NCBI GenBank assembly: GCA_050173015.1
Contig: JBFXLE010000006.1
Location: 64,001-128,000 of the forward strand
Length of the DNA: 64,000 nt
Reading direction: 5' to 3'
From: Calditrichaceae bacterium
GTDB taxonomy: Bacteria > Calditrichota > Calditrichia > Calditrichales > JBFXGD01
In this document: positions 46,301 through 54,474 of the stretch, piece after piece
How positions within the stretch are numbered: the first letter of the stretch is position 1
How the letters are laid out: each line of letters starts with the position of its first letter
Made by a program: the position numbers and the translations under genes
Notes under the pieces: generated by a model
Seen by the model: the letters and a program-made list of their open reading frames with translations, nothing else
What the model was told of the DNA's origin: nothing
The model's database searches: none

Positions 46301-49300
46301 GGATTTTGGATTGAATACCCGCTTCGCGGGGGATATACGCGCGGAAAATATAGCGGGCGCCGATCTTGATGATGATGGTGATATAGATATGTTGATCAGC
46401 GATTTTAAAGACGGACTCACATCATGGCAGGTTCTTGAAAATGTAACCCGAAGCTCCCGTTCCTGGTTCGTTGACTGGCAGTCTTTGTCGGGTGACGGTG
46501 ATTACTTTTCTCCCTTTCCGGAAATCGGGATGGCTCTGGCAAGAGTTTCTTCGGGAGACTCCGTTTTTATCAGAGGCGGGGATTACAAAGAACAACTTTT
46601 GATTAACGAAAGCATCACGATAAGCTCAGCTGATTCCCTGCCGGTATTTATCGGGCCGCCGGCCGATTTAGTAACAGCAGGTGAACTCATCAGGATAGAG
46701 AACGCGGATAGTTTACTGATAAGAAATATTCGCGCTTATGCTGATTCAGGCGGTAATCAACTGACAGGTTTTTCAATAAAAAATACAATCGGATCATCGT
46801 TTGAAGCGGTCGCGTCAGAATGGCTAAAGACTGGATTTTTGATTGAAAACAGCAATATCAGTTTTGATTATCTGGAAATACGTCATTGTGAAACGGGCCT
46901 CGACGCGGCATTCTCTCAGCTGGAACTCTCGGGATTTGATCTTGAGCAAAATTTGATTGCCGGAGGAATACTTAATGAAACCCACGCTAATTTAATGGAT
47001 GGAAATATCTCCGCAAACGGTTTGGATCAGACCAATGGTCTCGGCGGATTAATTGTTGAGTCAAATTCCGTCCTCAACATGAACTATTTTTATTTGGACG
47101 GAAACGGGCTTGCGAATATAATTGCAAACGGCAGCAGTGTGTTTTTGCAGTTTGGCATGATTATGAACGCGAATGATCTCGGTATCGCAGGGAAGGGCGA
47201 TGGAATTGTATTAAACTCCTGCCCGGAATACTCCATGAGGAATTTACAGATAGCCGGACAGCCGGGATTTGGAATTCGCTCCATTAACAGCAGTGGACAT
47301 ATCCGTAACAATATATTCGAAAATAATGACGAGTCCGGCAGTTTCGGCGGCGGGGGTGTTAATTTTGAATCATCCGCTACCGGATCGATTTCCAACAATG
47401 TCTTTAGCTCAAGCAATACCGCCATCAAATCCGTCGGCGGTGCAGCGGAAATAAAATACAATGACTTCTACTCAAATATAAAGAATTTTGACGGAGCCGT
47501 ACCCGGGATCGGAAACATATATGAAGATCCCATGTTTGTAAGAGACTATTACCCGTTTGAAGATGTATTTCCTGTGATAGATCCATCAGATCCCCCGTAT
47601 CATCTCAAGCTGGCTCCGGGTTCACCACTTATTGATGCCGGTGATCCGGCGCATTTCAGCGGTGACGGATCACGTTCCGATATGGGAATGTTCGGGGATG
47701 CGGGCCTGCCCTTCAACATGCTCGAAGTTCCCCAGGTTACCTTAAACAAAACGGAGACAAATATTACTCTCACCTGGAATTCGCCGGCCCCGGAGTCCGA
47801 TTCATTGCTGCGCGGGATTGCAGTGTTCAGGGATACGGTTTTGACAGCCCTGCCGGATTCGGGTTCTCTGGTTGTTATTACAGATAAATACACCACACAG
47901 TTTGTTGACACATTGCCTGATCTGAACGGGATCTACTTTTACCGTCTCGCGTTTATTGACAGCATTGGCGGTTGCACGGGTTATTCGAATATCGTTTCCG
48001 ATGCTCTGTTATTAAATACGGTTTTGGTCGGAACAAATCCGGACACTGTTTCTCAGGCAAAGTTGAGTTTTCAGTTTGCCGCGATTGATCCCGTGGATAA
48101 TTCTCTCATGGGCGACCTGATTCCGGTAACATTTCAATATCGTTTTTCCAGGATCGATTCAACCGTTGCGAGTGTACTGGATTCAGGACAAACATTAGAA
48201 CGAAAAATGGATTTTTATCCGCTGGAGAACGGTAAATATCGGTTTGAAGTGGCCGCGGTTGATTCAGCAGGCCTGGGTGGACTGGGATTAAATGAGGTAA
48301 ACGTGGAATCTGTGGTGTCCGCCGGATATTTGGATATTTATCGATATATATGGCAGATGATATCCATCAGCCGGGAAGTTTCCAAAATTCCTCAAAATCT
48401 GTTTGAAAACAAGTTGCTCGCCTTCAAAACATGGCGAAACGGAGCGTATAAAAGCGTACCGGCGGATTCGGTGATACCGGGAAAAGGATATTGGATTCTT
48501 TCAAATGAAAAAATAGTTGTCGATATGTCAAAAAATAAATTTTTGGCGATTGATAAACCCGTATCCGTGCCGCTTGAAAAAGGCTGGAATCAGGTAGGGA
48601 ATCCCTGGGGGTGGGATATATCATGGAATAACTGCTCGTTTACGACCATAAAGGGTGATGTCTTCGGATTCCGGGAGGCCATTGACAAAGGGCTGCTGGG
48701 TTCAGGAATATACAAATGGGGTATCTTTCCCTTTAGAACCTATTTCAGAGAAACCGATGATATGATCGAGCCGGATCAGGGTTTTTGGATAAAAGTATCT
48801 GAACCGCTTCAAATTAATTTTAACTCAGCGCCGCAATCCGTGGAGAGTACTGAAACGCCGGAATATTTTAATAAAGCTGCTCAAACCGCGGCGAATTTAA
48901 CCGGATCGGATGTGATTCTTAGTCTGAACGCCTCAGGCGGCGACATGGCTGATATGGATAATTTTTACGGCGTATGCGCTGATCGTTCACAGTATCCGTT
49001 TTATTATCAACGGGCGTCGGAACCTCCCGCTCTTTCGGATTTTATAAAAGTTTATTCTGTTGAAAACGGCGAAAAGATTTCAGGAGATCTTACGGAGTTT
49101 GCGGCGGAATCCGATTCAAAGGAATGGCAGATTTTTGTTGAAACATCAAATCCTGACAACAAAATTACTCTGACCTGGGATTGGAAAGTGGCATCTTCAG
49201 GAACCAGACTACTTTTATATCATCTTGATTCCGGAGTCTGGTTTGATATGTCCGATCAGAATTCCTACTCAATCGAAAATCCTGAGATGGTCAATCACTT

Positions 49301-49637
49301 TAAAATGATCGCGACAACGGATGCCGACTTTGAGCCTCATATCCTACCGGTTGAATTTAATCTGTTTCAAAATTACCCGAATCCATTCAATCCGGTCACC
49401 AAAATCAGACTGGCAATTCCATTTTTTGCTGATGGTCAGGAGGCAAGCCTCATTGTGTACGATATCCTCGGTCGTAAAGTTAAAACCTTATTGAATAAAC
49501 GGGTGGAAAGCGGTTATATCGAAATGAGCTGGGACGGAATGAATGATCGTGGGATAAGACAGGCAAGCGGTATGTATATCTATCATTTTCATTCGGGTAA
49601 TTTTTCAACGTCCAAAAAAATGATATTAATAAAGTAA
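43320..49637 (+). CDS. 2105-aa secreted multidomain protein: beta-helix, SbsA-like Ig, FG-GAP repeats, second beta-helix, FN3-like, T9SS-A/FlgD-like C-terminal domain
   Basis: Signal peptide; VSPSGNDTNDGS..PF and GGGI/GGAI repeats; DFNNDGVLD, DIDGDGLID, DFNSDGYLD and DLDDDGDID motifs; GSPLIDAG; QNYPNPFNP...YDILGRKV...SGMYIY...KKMILIK. Confidence 0.85.
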   Translation: MKFKILSTLILLLVLSLFCEINILYAQDITESFWVSPSGNDTNDGSRTTPFASINYAISKISAGDTVFIEPGDYYEQIIIHNQPDFLLTGSDPQFPATVIAPGAGPVLSVNSDTLSNSNNMEIRNLRLTHADKDSLGVGIEIINSGPSISNCIIVNNKSVEGGGIKILSAGVSAKPLIQKCDIFGNNADSGAGVYAENSSVTILDSRIHENDSRLGGALGYFNSYGLIFQNNQVYNNHAESGGGIYIDAQTAAEVIRNELNENTIFHNQSSKDGGGIYATGDAVDLLLNANSIAENRADSNGGGLLVSGAGESSLQDNIIVGNTGAKKGGAIYLSAMLKSVNLWSNHISGNHAGAQGGAVYIHSAAALIAGGAAELQNDFFHNHASGGLNNIYSENTISFLELSLNYWGKTQESEILATIAVPDLMNNDTWKTAAKTPKPVILKLQPERPFYWFGDGSIELMEEGFNFLNDSLITVTTFTDTSFATPPDDTGFPKLYEFDFSGMSENNVFNLRLTPDFDELALAGNPDLKNLNIIFEDTLNSNWFSLPTLTDMSTGELKTFITVVPGKKFTIGRLAPVQDSLFYTWPLPNQADVPNNSDIQIWFQKTMDESTILAESISIYGGQSGFIRFNHFYDSDAGLLTLRSEKPFINGEEIRVTLKDTIAAGDGSTLADGYSWRFITAAFRGSGDFLKRDIPHQSGGFYQIRPVHLNDDRIPELLQFGGNHLTVYQKEDNLLYSQQFDTVLAETYNIIRTADINYDSRADLLLFNDSKMIVYYYDSQAGGLTEVLQKNIGTGAGLKDVVIRDFNNDGVLDISLLWSGIVLNQLDLYQGSFQPVLDWSGPNSTILSGNSDALAPMDIDGDGLIDLALTRGLADDNITLLKNQSGAFLDLMSLFSGIGNQSRIDAANIWHDNNYANQKEIILSGWNFLSGKHEISLFNSDADGNLSPAFQGELPDSIMDVTTADFNSDGYLDLAVSLANGDVIVYPSRDGGLDFGLNTRFAGDIRAENIAGADLDDDGDIDMLISDFKDGLTSWQVLENVTRSSRSWFVDWQSLSGDGDYFSPFPEIGMALARVSSGDSVFIRGGDYKEQLLINESITISSADSLPVFIGPPADLVTAGELIRIENADSLLIRNIRAYADSGGNQLTGFSIKNTIGSSFEAVASEWLKTGFLIENSNISFDYLEIRHCETGLDAAFSQLELSGFDLEQNLIAGGILNETHANLMDGNISANGLDQTNGLGGLIVESNSVLNMNYFYLDGNGLANIIANGSSVFLQFGMIMNANDLGIAGKGDGIVLNSCPEYSMRNLQIAGQPGFGIRSINSSGHIRNNIFENNDESGSFGGGGVNFESSATGSISNNVFSSSNTAIKSVGGAAEIKYNDFYSNIKNFDGAVPGIGNIYEDPMFVRDYYPFEDVFPVIDPSDPPYHLKLAPGSPLIDAGDPAHFSGDGSRSDMGMFGDAGLPFNMLEVPQVTLNKTETNITLTWNSPAPESDSLLRGIAVFRDTVLTALPDSGSLVVITDKYTTQFVDTLPDLNGIYFYRLAFIDSIGGCTGYSNIVSDALLLNTVLVGTNPDTVSQAKLSFQFAAIDPVDNSLMGDLIPVTFQYRFSRIDSTVASVLDSGQTLERKMDFYPLENGKYRFEVAAVDSAGLGGLGLNEVNVESVVSAGYLDIYRYIWQMISISREVSKIPQNLFENKLLAFKTWRNGAYKSVPADSVIPGKGYWILSNEKIVVDMSKNKFLAIDKPVSVPLEKGWNQVGNPWGWDISWNNCSFTTIKGDVFGFREAIDKGLLGSGIYKWGIFPFRTYFRETDDMIEPDQGFWIKVSEPLQINFNSAPQSVESTETPEYFNKAAQTAANLTGSDVILSLNASGGDMADMDNFYGVCADRSQYPFYYQRASEPPALSDFIKVYSVENGEKISGDLTEFAAESDSKEWQIFVETSNPDNKITLTWDWKVASSGTRLLLYHLDSGVWFDMSDQNSYSIENPEMVNHFKMIATTDADFEPHILPVEFNLFQNYPNPFNPVTKIRLAIPFFADGQEASLIVYDILGRKVKTLLNKRVESGYIEMSWDGMNDRGIRQASGMYIYHFHSGNFSTSKKMILIK

Positions 49638-49649
49638 AGAGGCATATAA

Positions 49650-51107
49650 ATGAGATTTCTTTTATTCAAAACAGTGTTCCTGCTGTTGTTTCTATTGTTG
49701 AATTTGTACGGACAGGATGATACAAGCGCAAAAGTAAAATTTGTCATCGGTGATGTCAGCCTTATGACAGACGGACAGACGAATTGGAATGCGGTCAGAA
49801 TCAATTCGGATGTTAAAAAAGGAGACCGTATAAGAACAAAACTCAATTCACGCATAGAAATAGAAATGCCGGATGGTTCCGTCATTAAAATAAATGAAAA
49901 CTCCGTATTTGATGTTACTGAGATTCGGTTACCGGAAAACGGTGGTGAAAACAAGATGAGTTTTACACTCTGGGCGGGCAACATTTGGGCAAATTTTAAG
50001 AAAATAATCGACAACCGGGATGTCCGTGAAGTGGAAAGTCCGACTGCTGTTGTGGCGGTTCGGGGAACCACTTTTGAAGTCGATGTGGACCAAAGTCTTA
50101 CAACACGCGTCCGAGTGGAAGAAGGTAAAGTGGCCGTCAAATCAAAAGATGTGGCGGAGGAAGTAATGGTCGAGAGCAACCAGGAAACGGTGGTTGCCAA
50201 AGGTAGCGCTCCCACGAGGCCGGGTGCTTTTAGAAGATTACGACAGGATGACCAGACAGATAATGACGGATTTGCTTTTAATGTCAATTTATCAAGTTTT
50301 CAATTTGTGGACCAGGCGGTCATAGGAAGCGGAGTTCCTGTCAGCGGCAATCTGCCACCGGGTACTGCTCTCACCGCCGATGGAATCCCTGTAAATGTCG
50401 ATCCCAATGGCAATTTCGCCGGTAATCTGCGGGTTAAGGAAGGTCTGAATGAAATCCGCCTTGTGGCGGAGAAGGACGGCATTAAGAACGCAAAGGTGGT
50501 TAAGCTGTTTGTCAATACAAAACGGCCGGAAATCAGGCTGTCAACGCCGTTGGTTGCGGGCTACTACAACCGCCGTGATTACAGTCTGAGCGGAGCTGTA
50601 TTTGACCAGACTCCGAACGACCGTGTCAAGATATTTTTAAACGATGATGAAGTGGCGGAAGTCCGGGGGCAGGGAACTTTTAACCGCACTATCATCCTTA
50701 ATGAGGGTAAAAATGATATCAGGATAGCGGCAGAAGATTTGTCAAAGAACAGATCTGAGATTTCTCAAAGATTATTCCTGGATACGGTTAAGCCGATCGT
50801 CACATTGACCGAACCCGCCCAGCAGACCCTGGTAAGATTTGAACCGCCCATGCCGCCCTTGGACAATCTGACAACGGCGGTCACGGAAAGGTTTACGCAG
50901 GGTATCCGCGGCATCATCACAGATCCTCAGCCTTCATCCGGTATTAAAAGGGTTGTTATAAACGGTATGGATGTAAAACCGAAATCCGATGGAAGTTTTG
51001 ATGTAAAAATTAATCTGCAGCGCGGCGAAAATCGTCTTTCATTCTATGTGGAAGATATGGCGGGAAACATTGCCCGGGATAATTCACGACTGGTTATTGT
51101 CCGATAA
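49650..51107 (+). CDS. Exported FecR-domain protein with three Ig-like repeats
   Basis: Signal peptide; GDRIRT..NSR....PDGS and TAVVAVRGTTF...VEEGKV FecR pattern; three repeats of the G.F......G.N type. Confidence 0.8.
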   Translation: MRFLLFKTVFLLLFLLLNLYGQDDTSAKVKFVIGDVSLMTDGQTNWNAVRINSDVKKGDRIRTKLNSRIEIEMPDGSVIKINENSVFDVTEIRLPENGGENKMSFTLWAGNIWANFKKIIDNRDVREVESPTAVVAVRGTTFEVDVDQSLTTRVRVEEGKVAVKSKDVAEEVMVESNQETVVAKGSAPTRPGAFRRLRQDDQTDNDGFAFNVNLSSFQFVDQAVIGSGVPVSGNLPPGTALTADGIPVNVDPNGNFAGNLRVKEGLNEIRLVAEKDGIKNAKVVKLFVNTKRPEIRLSTPLVAGYYNRRDYSLSGAVFDQTPNDRVKIFLNDDEVAEVRGQGTFNRTIILNEGKNDIRIAAEDLSKNRSEISQRLFLDTVKPIVTLTEPAQQTLVRFEPPMPPLDNLTTAVTERFTQGIRGIITDPQPSSGIKRVVINGMDVKPKSDGSFDVKINLQRGENRLSFYVEDMAGNIARDNSRLVIVR

Positions 51108-51120
51108 TAAAGGAGTATGA

Positions 51121-52851
51121 ATGCAAAAATTGTTCCTGATCGTTCTTATGCTGATTCCGCATTTAATTATCGCGCAGTCCGATTTAAATGTAACGGGGCG
51201 TGTCTCGTTGCGTACGACTAATACGGAATATGATGAACATTCGGAGATCAAACCCGATTCGATCGCCGACAGAGAATACGGAAAAACAATGCTGATCCCG
51301 GGGCTTCAGCAAAATCTTAATCTTGCGCTGTTCGCGCGGACTCAGAAGATGGATCTGACGCTTTTAGGGGATATTCGCAATGATGACTGGAATCAGATGC
51401 AGTTATCCGATTTTAGAACAATAAACCGGTTGACTTTAAGCGCGCGCTTTGGTTCAAACGAAATAGTAATCGGTGACTTTTTTGAAGCGGGTAGTGAGTA
51501 TTTTATACAGAGCCGTGAAATCCGCGGAGCAAAGATTGATCTGAAATTTGATAATATTTGGAATTCCAAATCCTACCTTCATACAAAATCTACGGGAGGC
51601 ATCGTTCAAAAAGCATTTGATCAGGGCAGCCGGTTGTTGTCCCTCTATAAGCAGTACGAAACCTCGGGTCAGTACCGCCGTTACTTTGCGTCGTCAGAAA
51701 TAGAACTGGGGGAGTATGACCGCTATTCATTGGGAGTAAGTTATTTATATTCAAAAGATGATGAAAGCTCGATCGACGAATCCATAAATGATCCTCTCGC
51801 CAATCAAACCCTCGGTGTTCATAGCTCGGTTTATTTGTGGGGTAATCATTTAAAGGTGTTTGGTGAAGGTTATTTGAGTCATAAGGATACGCTAACGGCA
51901 TCCGGGTCGGATGATAACGCGTACAAGGCGGGCTTTGATCTTAGGATGAACCGCCTGAAATTTATAGCCTACTATCACCGAATCGGTTACGACTATTATA
52001 CCGCGGGTTATCCATTCCTCCTCAATGATTTGCAGGGGGCAAAACTGATCGGAGCGTATCGGGTATCCGAGCAGTTGACGCTCGGATTCGAAGCAGAACA
52101 ATATGATAATAATCTGAACGATTATGCTGATATCCCAACTACCACGACAAAAACGGGTGATCTGGAATTCACCACAAATGTTGAAGGCTGGCCGGAATTG
52201 TCAATCAGGTATGGAATCAGGGATGATAATAGTAATACAATCACTCTGGAAGATACCTTGAAAATTAAAACTTCAAAGATTTCGAGAAAATGGGAAGGCC
52301 GGATCACCCATAAGTTCGCGGTGAACCGGTTATCATTATCCGCGACATGGATTGATCTGGATGACGGCAGTCTCCTTGCCGCCGGCGCGCCGCTTGGGAC
52401 AGAACAATTCGTTAGTACTTTCAATTTTTACACCCGTCCGTCAAACTCTCTTTTTGTGTCGGCAGGAGCTGTTTACAGCAGGTTGTTGATGAGTAATGCT
52501 CAGGATAACCGGAATATTTATTTTTATGAATCCAGCCGGTGGGATATCCTGCCGCAAAAACTTAAGTTTGAATCAACGCTAAGCTATATTTATAACGATG
52601 CCGCAAACGGAGGCGTTCAGGATTATCTCAGTGATTATGACCAGATCGGTCTTGAATTATCCCTGGAATATTTCTTCACATCAGGGTTATCGCTTAAGAT
52701 TATTGCAGGCACAGATCAGCGTGATATGAAATACACTACTGAAGAAGCGCTCAGTGTCATTGCGGATCCGGACTATGGTCCCACTTATTTTAACGTTAAT
52801 GAATCATATAACGCCATGATTTACGGAGCGGAAATAAACTGGATTTTTTAG
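51121..52851 (+). CDS. Probable outer-membrane beta-barrel protein
   Basis: Signal peptide; alternating hydrophobic/aromatic strands; YYTAGYPFL; C-terminal YGAEINWIF (BAM-type terminal Phe). Confidence 0.65.
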   Translation: MQKLFLIVLMLIPHLIIAQSDLNVTGRVSLRTTNTEYDEHSEIKPDSIADREYGKTMLIPGLQQNLNLALFARTQKMDLTLLGDIRNDDWNQMQLSDFRTINRLTLSARFGSNEIVIGDFFEAGSEYFIQSREIRGAKIDLKFDNIWNSKSYLHTKSTGGIVQKAFDQGSRLLSLYKQYETSGQYRRYFASSEIELGEYDRYSLGVSYLYSKDDESSIDESINDPLANQTLGVHSSVYLWGNHLKVFGEGYLSHKDTLTASGSDDNAYKAGFDLRMNRLKFIAYYHRIGYDYYTAGYPFLLNDLQGAKLIGAYRVSEQLTLGFEAEQYDNNLNDYADIPTTTTKTGDLEFTTNVEGWPELSIRYGIRDDNSNTITLEDTLKIKTSKISRKWEGRITHKFAVNRLSLSATWIDLDDGSLLAAGAPLGTEQFVSTFNFYTRPSNSLFVSAGAVYSRLLMSNAQDNRNIYFYESSRWDILPQKLKFESTLSYIYNDAANGGVQDYLSDYDQIGLELSLEYFFTSGLSLKIIAGTDQRDMKYTTEEALSVIADPDYGPTYFNVNESYNAMIYGAEINWIF

Positions 52852-52958
52852 AAATAACAGCATTTTAATGATGCAGCCCTGATAATTATTGAATTTTTGA
52901 TTATAAATCGATAACTTTCTGCACTTACCAAAATCAGAGACAAACAGGAAAATTTTTT

Positions 52959-54122
52959 ATGTATCAGGGCGTAGATTTTTATTCCGTAAATGAAATGTTT
53001 TCGGAAGAAGAAATAATGATTCAGCAAACCGTTCGCGGGTTTGTGGAAGAGAAATTTTTACCGTTTGTCTCAAAATATCATCGTGAATGTTATTTTCCCG
53101 CGGAAATCATTCCGGAATTGGGAAAGCTGGGATTGCTGGGTATTACGGTTCCCGAAGAATATGGCGGCCCCGGCCTGAGCCATTTTATTTATGGTATTGT
53201 GATGCAGGAACTGGAACGCGGAGATACAGGGCTGCGTTCGTTTGCTTCTGTTCAGGGCAGCCTGGTGATGTATCCGATTTATACCTACGGTTCTGAAGAG
53301 CAGAAAAAATATTGGCTGCCAAAACTGGCCGCCGGCGAAAAAATAGGTTGTTTCGGACTCACTGAACCGGATTTCGGATCCGATCCCGGCGGAATGATCA
53401 CGCGGGCGAAAAAGGTCAAAGAAGGATGGTTGCTGAACGGAACAAAAATGTGGATCACTAATGGCTCGGTCGCTGATGTGGCGGTGGTTTGGGCAAAGAC
53501 AGATGAAGGAGTGAGTGGTTTTCTTGTAGAAAGGGACAGACCCGGATTTAATTCCCGCTCAATCCCCGGGAAATTTTCGCTCCGCGCCTCCGATACCGGT
53601 GAACTCAGTTTCCAGGATTGTCTGATTCCGGATAAGAATCGTCTTCCCGCGGCAAAAGGATTAAAAGCGCCGCTCTCTTGTCTGAATGAAGCGCGCTACG
53701 GTATTGCCTGGGGAGCATTGGGCGCGGCCATGGCTTGTTATGACGAAGCCCTTAGGTACGCGGGAGACCGGATACAGTTTGACAGACCCGTCTCCGGGTT
53801 TCAGCTGACGCAGCAAAAGCTGGTGGAGATGATCACCGAGATCACCAAGGGACAGCTGCTTGCTTATCAGCTCGGAAGATTGAAAGACAGCGGTAAGGCA
53901 AAATTTTATCACGTGTCATTGGCTAAACGAAACAACGTGCAAAAGGCGCTTGAAATCGCCAGAAGCGCGCGAACCATTCTCGCCGCGAATGGAATATCTG
54001 ATGAATATCAGACAATCCGCCACATGCTTAACCTGGAATCCGTGCTGACATATGAAGGCACTCATGAAATACACACACTCATCGTCGGCGAACAGTTGAC
54101 AGGCCAGAGCGCGTTTCGGTAA
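52959..54122 (+). CDS. gcdH: Acyl-CoA dehydrogenase, glutaryl-CoA dehydrogenase-like
   Basis: ELERGDTGLRSFASVQGSLVM, GCFGLTEPDFGSDPGGM, KFSLRAS, ARYGIAWG and TYEGTHEIH motifs. Confidence 0.85.
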   Translation: MYQGVDFYSVNEMFSEEEIMIQQTVRGFVEEKFLPFVSKYHRECYFPAEIIPELGKLGLLGITVPEEYGGPGLSHFIYGIVMQELERGDTGLRSFASVQGSLVMYPIYTYGSEEQKKYWLPKLAAGEKIGCFGLTEPDFGSDPGGMITRAKKVKEGWLLNGTKMWITNGSVADVAVVWAKTDEGVSGFLVERDRPGFNSRSIPGKFSLRASDTGELSFQDCLIPDKNRLPAAKGLKAPLSCLNEARYGIAWGALGAAMACYDEALRYAGDRIQFDRPVSGFQLTQQKLVEMITEITKGQLLAYQLGRLKDSGKAKFYHVSLAKRNNVQKALEIARSARTILAANGISDEYQTIRHMLNLESVLTYEGTHEIHTLIVGEQLTGQSAFR

Positions 54123-54224
54123 ACAAACACATCCTTTTCCATCAAACCAAGAAAAAAATATTCCTGAAATAGATATGACTCTCTTAATAGTTTGAATATT
54201 ACGTTAGCTCATCATTTGGAATTT

Positions 54225-54253
54225 TTGCATCCGGCAACTAACAGAATTAAGAT
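54225..54253 (+). promoter_or_regulatory. Putative sigma70 promoter of the S8 protease gene
   Basis: TTGCAT(54225-54230)-N17-TAAGAT(54248-54253). Confidence 0.5.
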
Positions 54254-54271
54254 TACCGTATAAGAATAAAT

Positions 54272-54353
54272 TGTCTTCGGAGTCGCTTCCTGAAAAGGCA
54301 ATCAATCAGACCCGATCAACCGGTTTCAGCGCTCCTGCCTGATTCTGAAGATA
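54272..54353 (+). other. Candidate structured 5'-leader RNA element
   Basis: 13-bp stem TGTCTTCGGAGTC/GATTCTGAAGATA (3 G-U pairs) enclosing an AGGCA/TGCCT stem; matches no family I recognise. Confidence 0.4.
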
Positions 54354-54474
54354 TATTATTCAAAAAACAACTTGTATTTCATAAACAGGAAATGAAAGGA
54401 GGTGAGTGATGGTGATTTGAGATTTAACTTCGAATACACTCATTAAATTAAACATTTTTTTTTGGGGGGACCAA

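Noticed and set aside
49589-50287. 232-aa antisense ORF and the many other 60-190 aa shadow ORFs in the track
   Set aside because: They lie opposite or out of frame within well-supported genes and have no motifs; this is expected from codon bias
54455-54474. c-di-AMP (ydaO) riboswitch suggested by GGGGGACC
   Set aside because: The other conserved ydaO blocks are missing, and the G-run is simply the RBS of the protease gene
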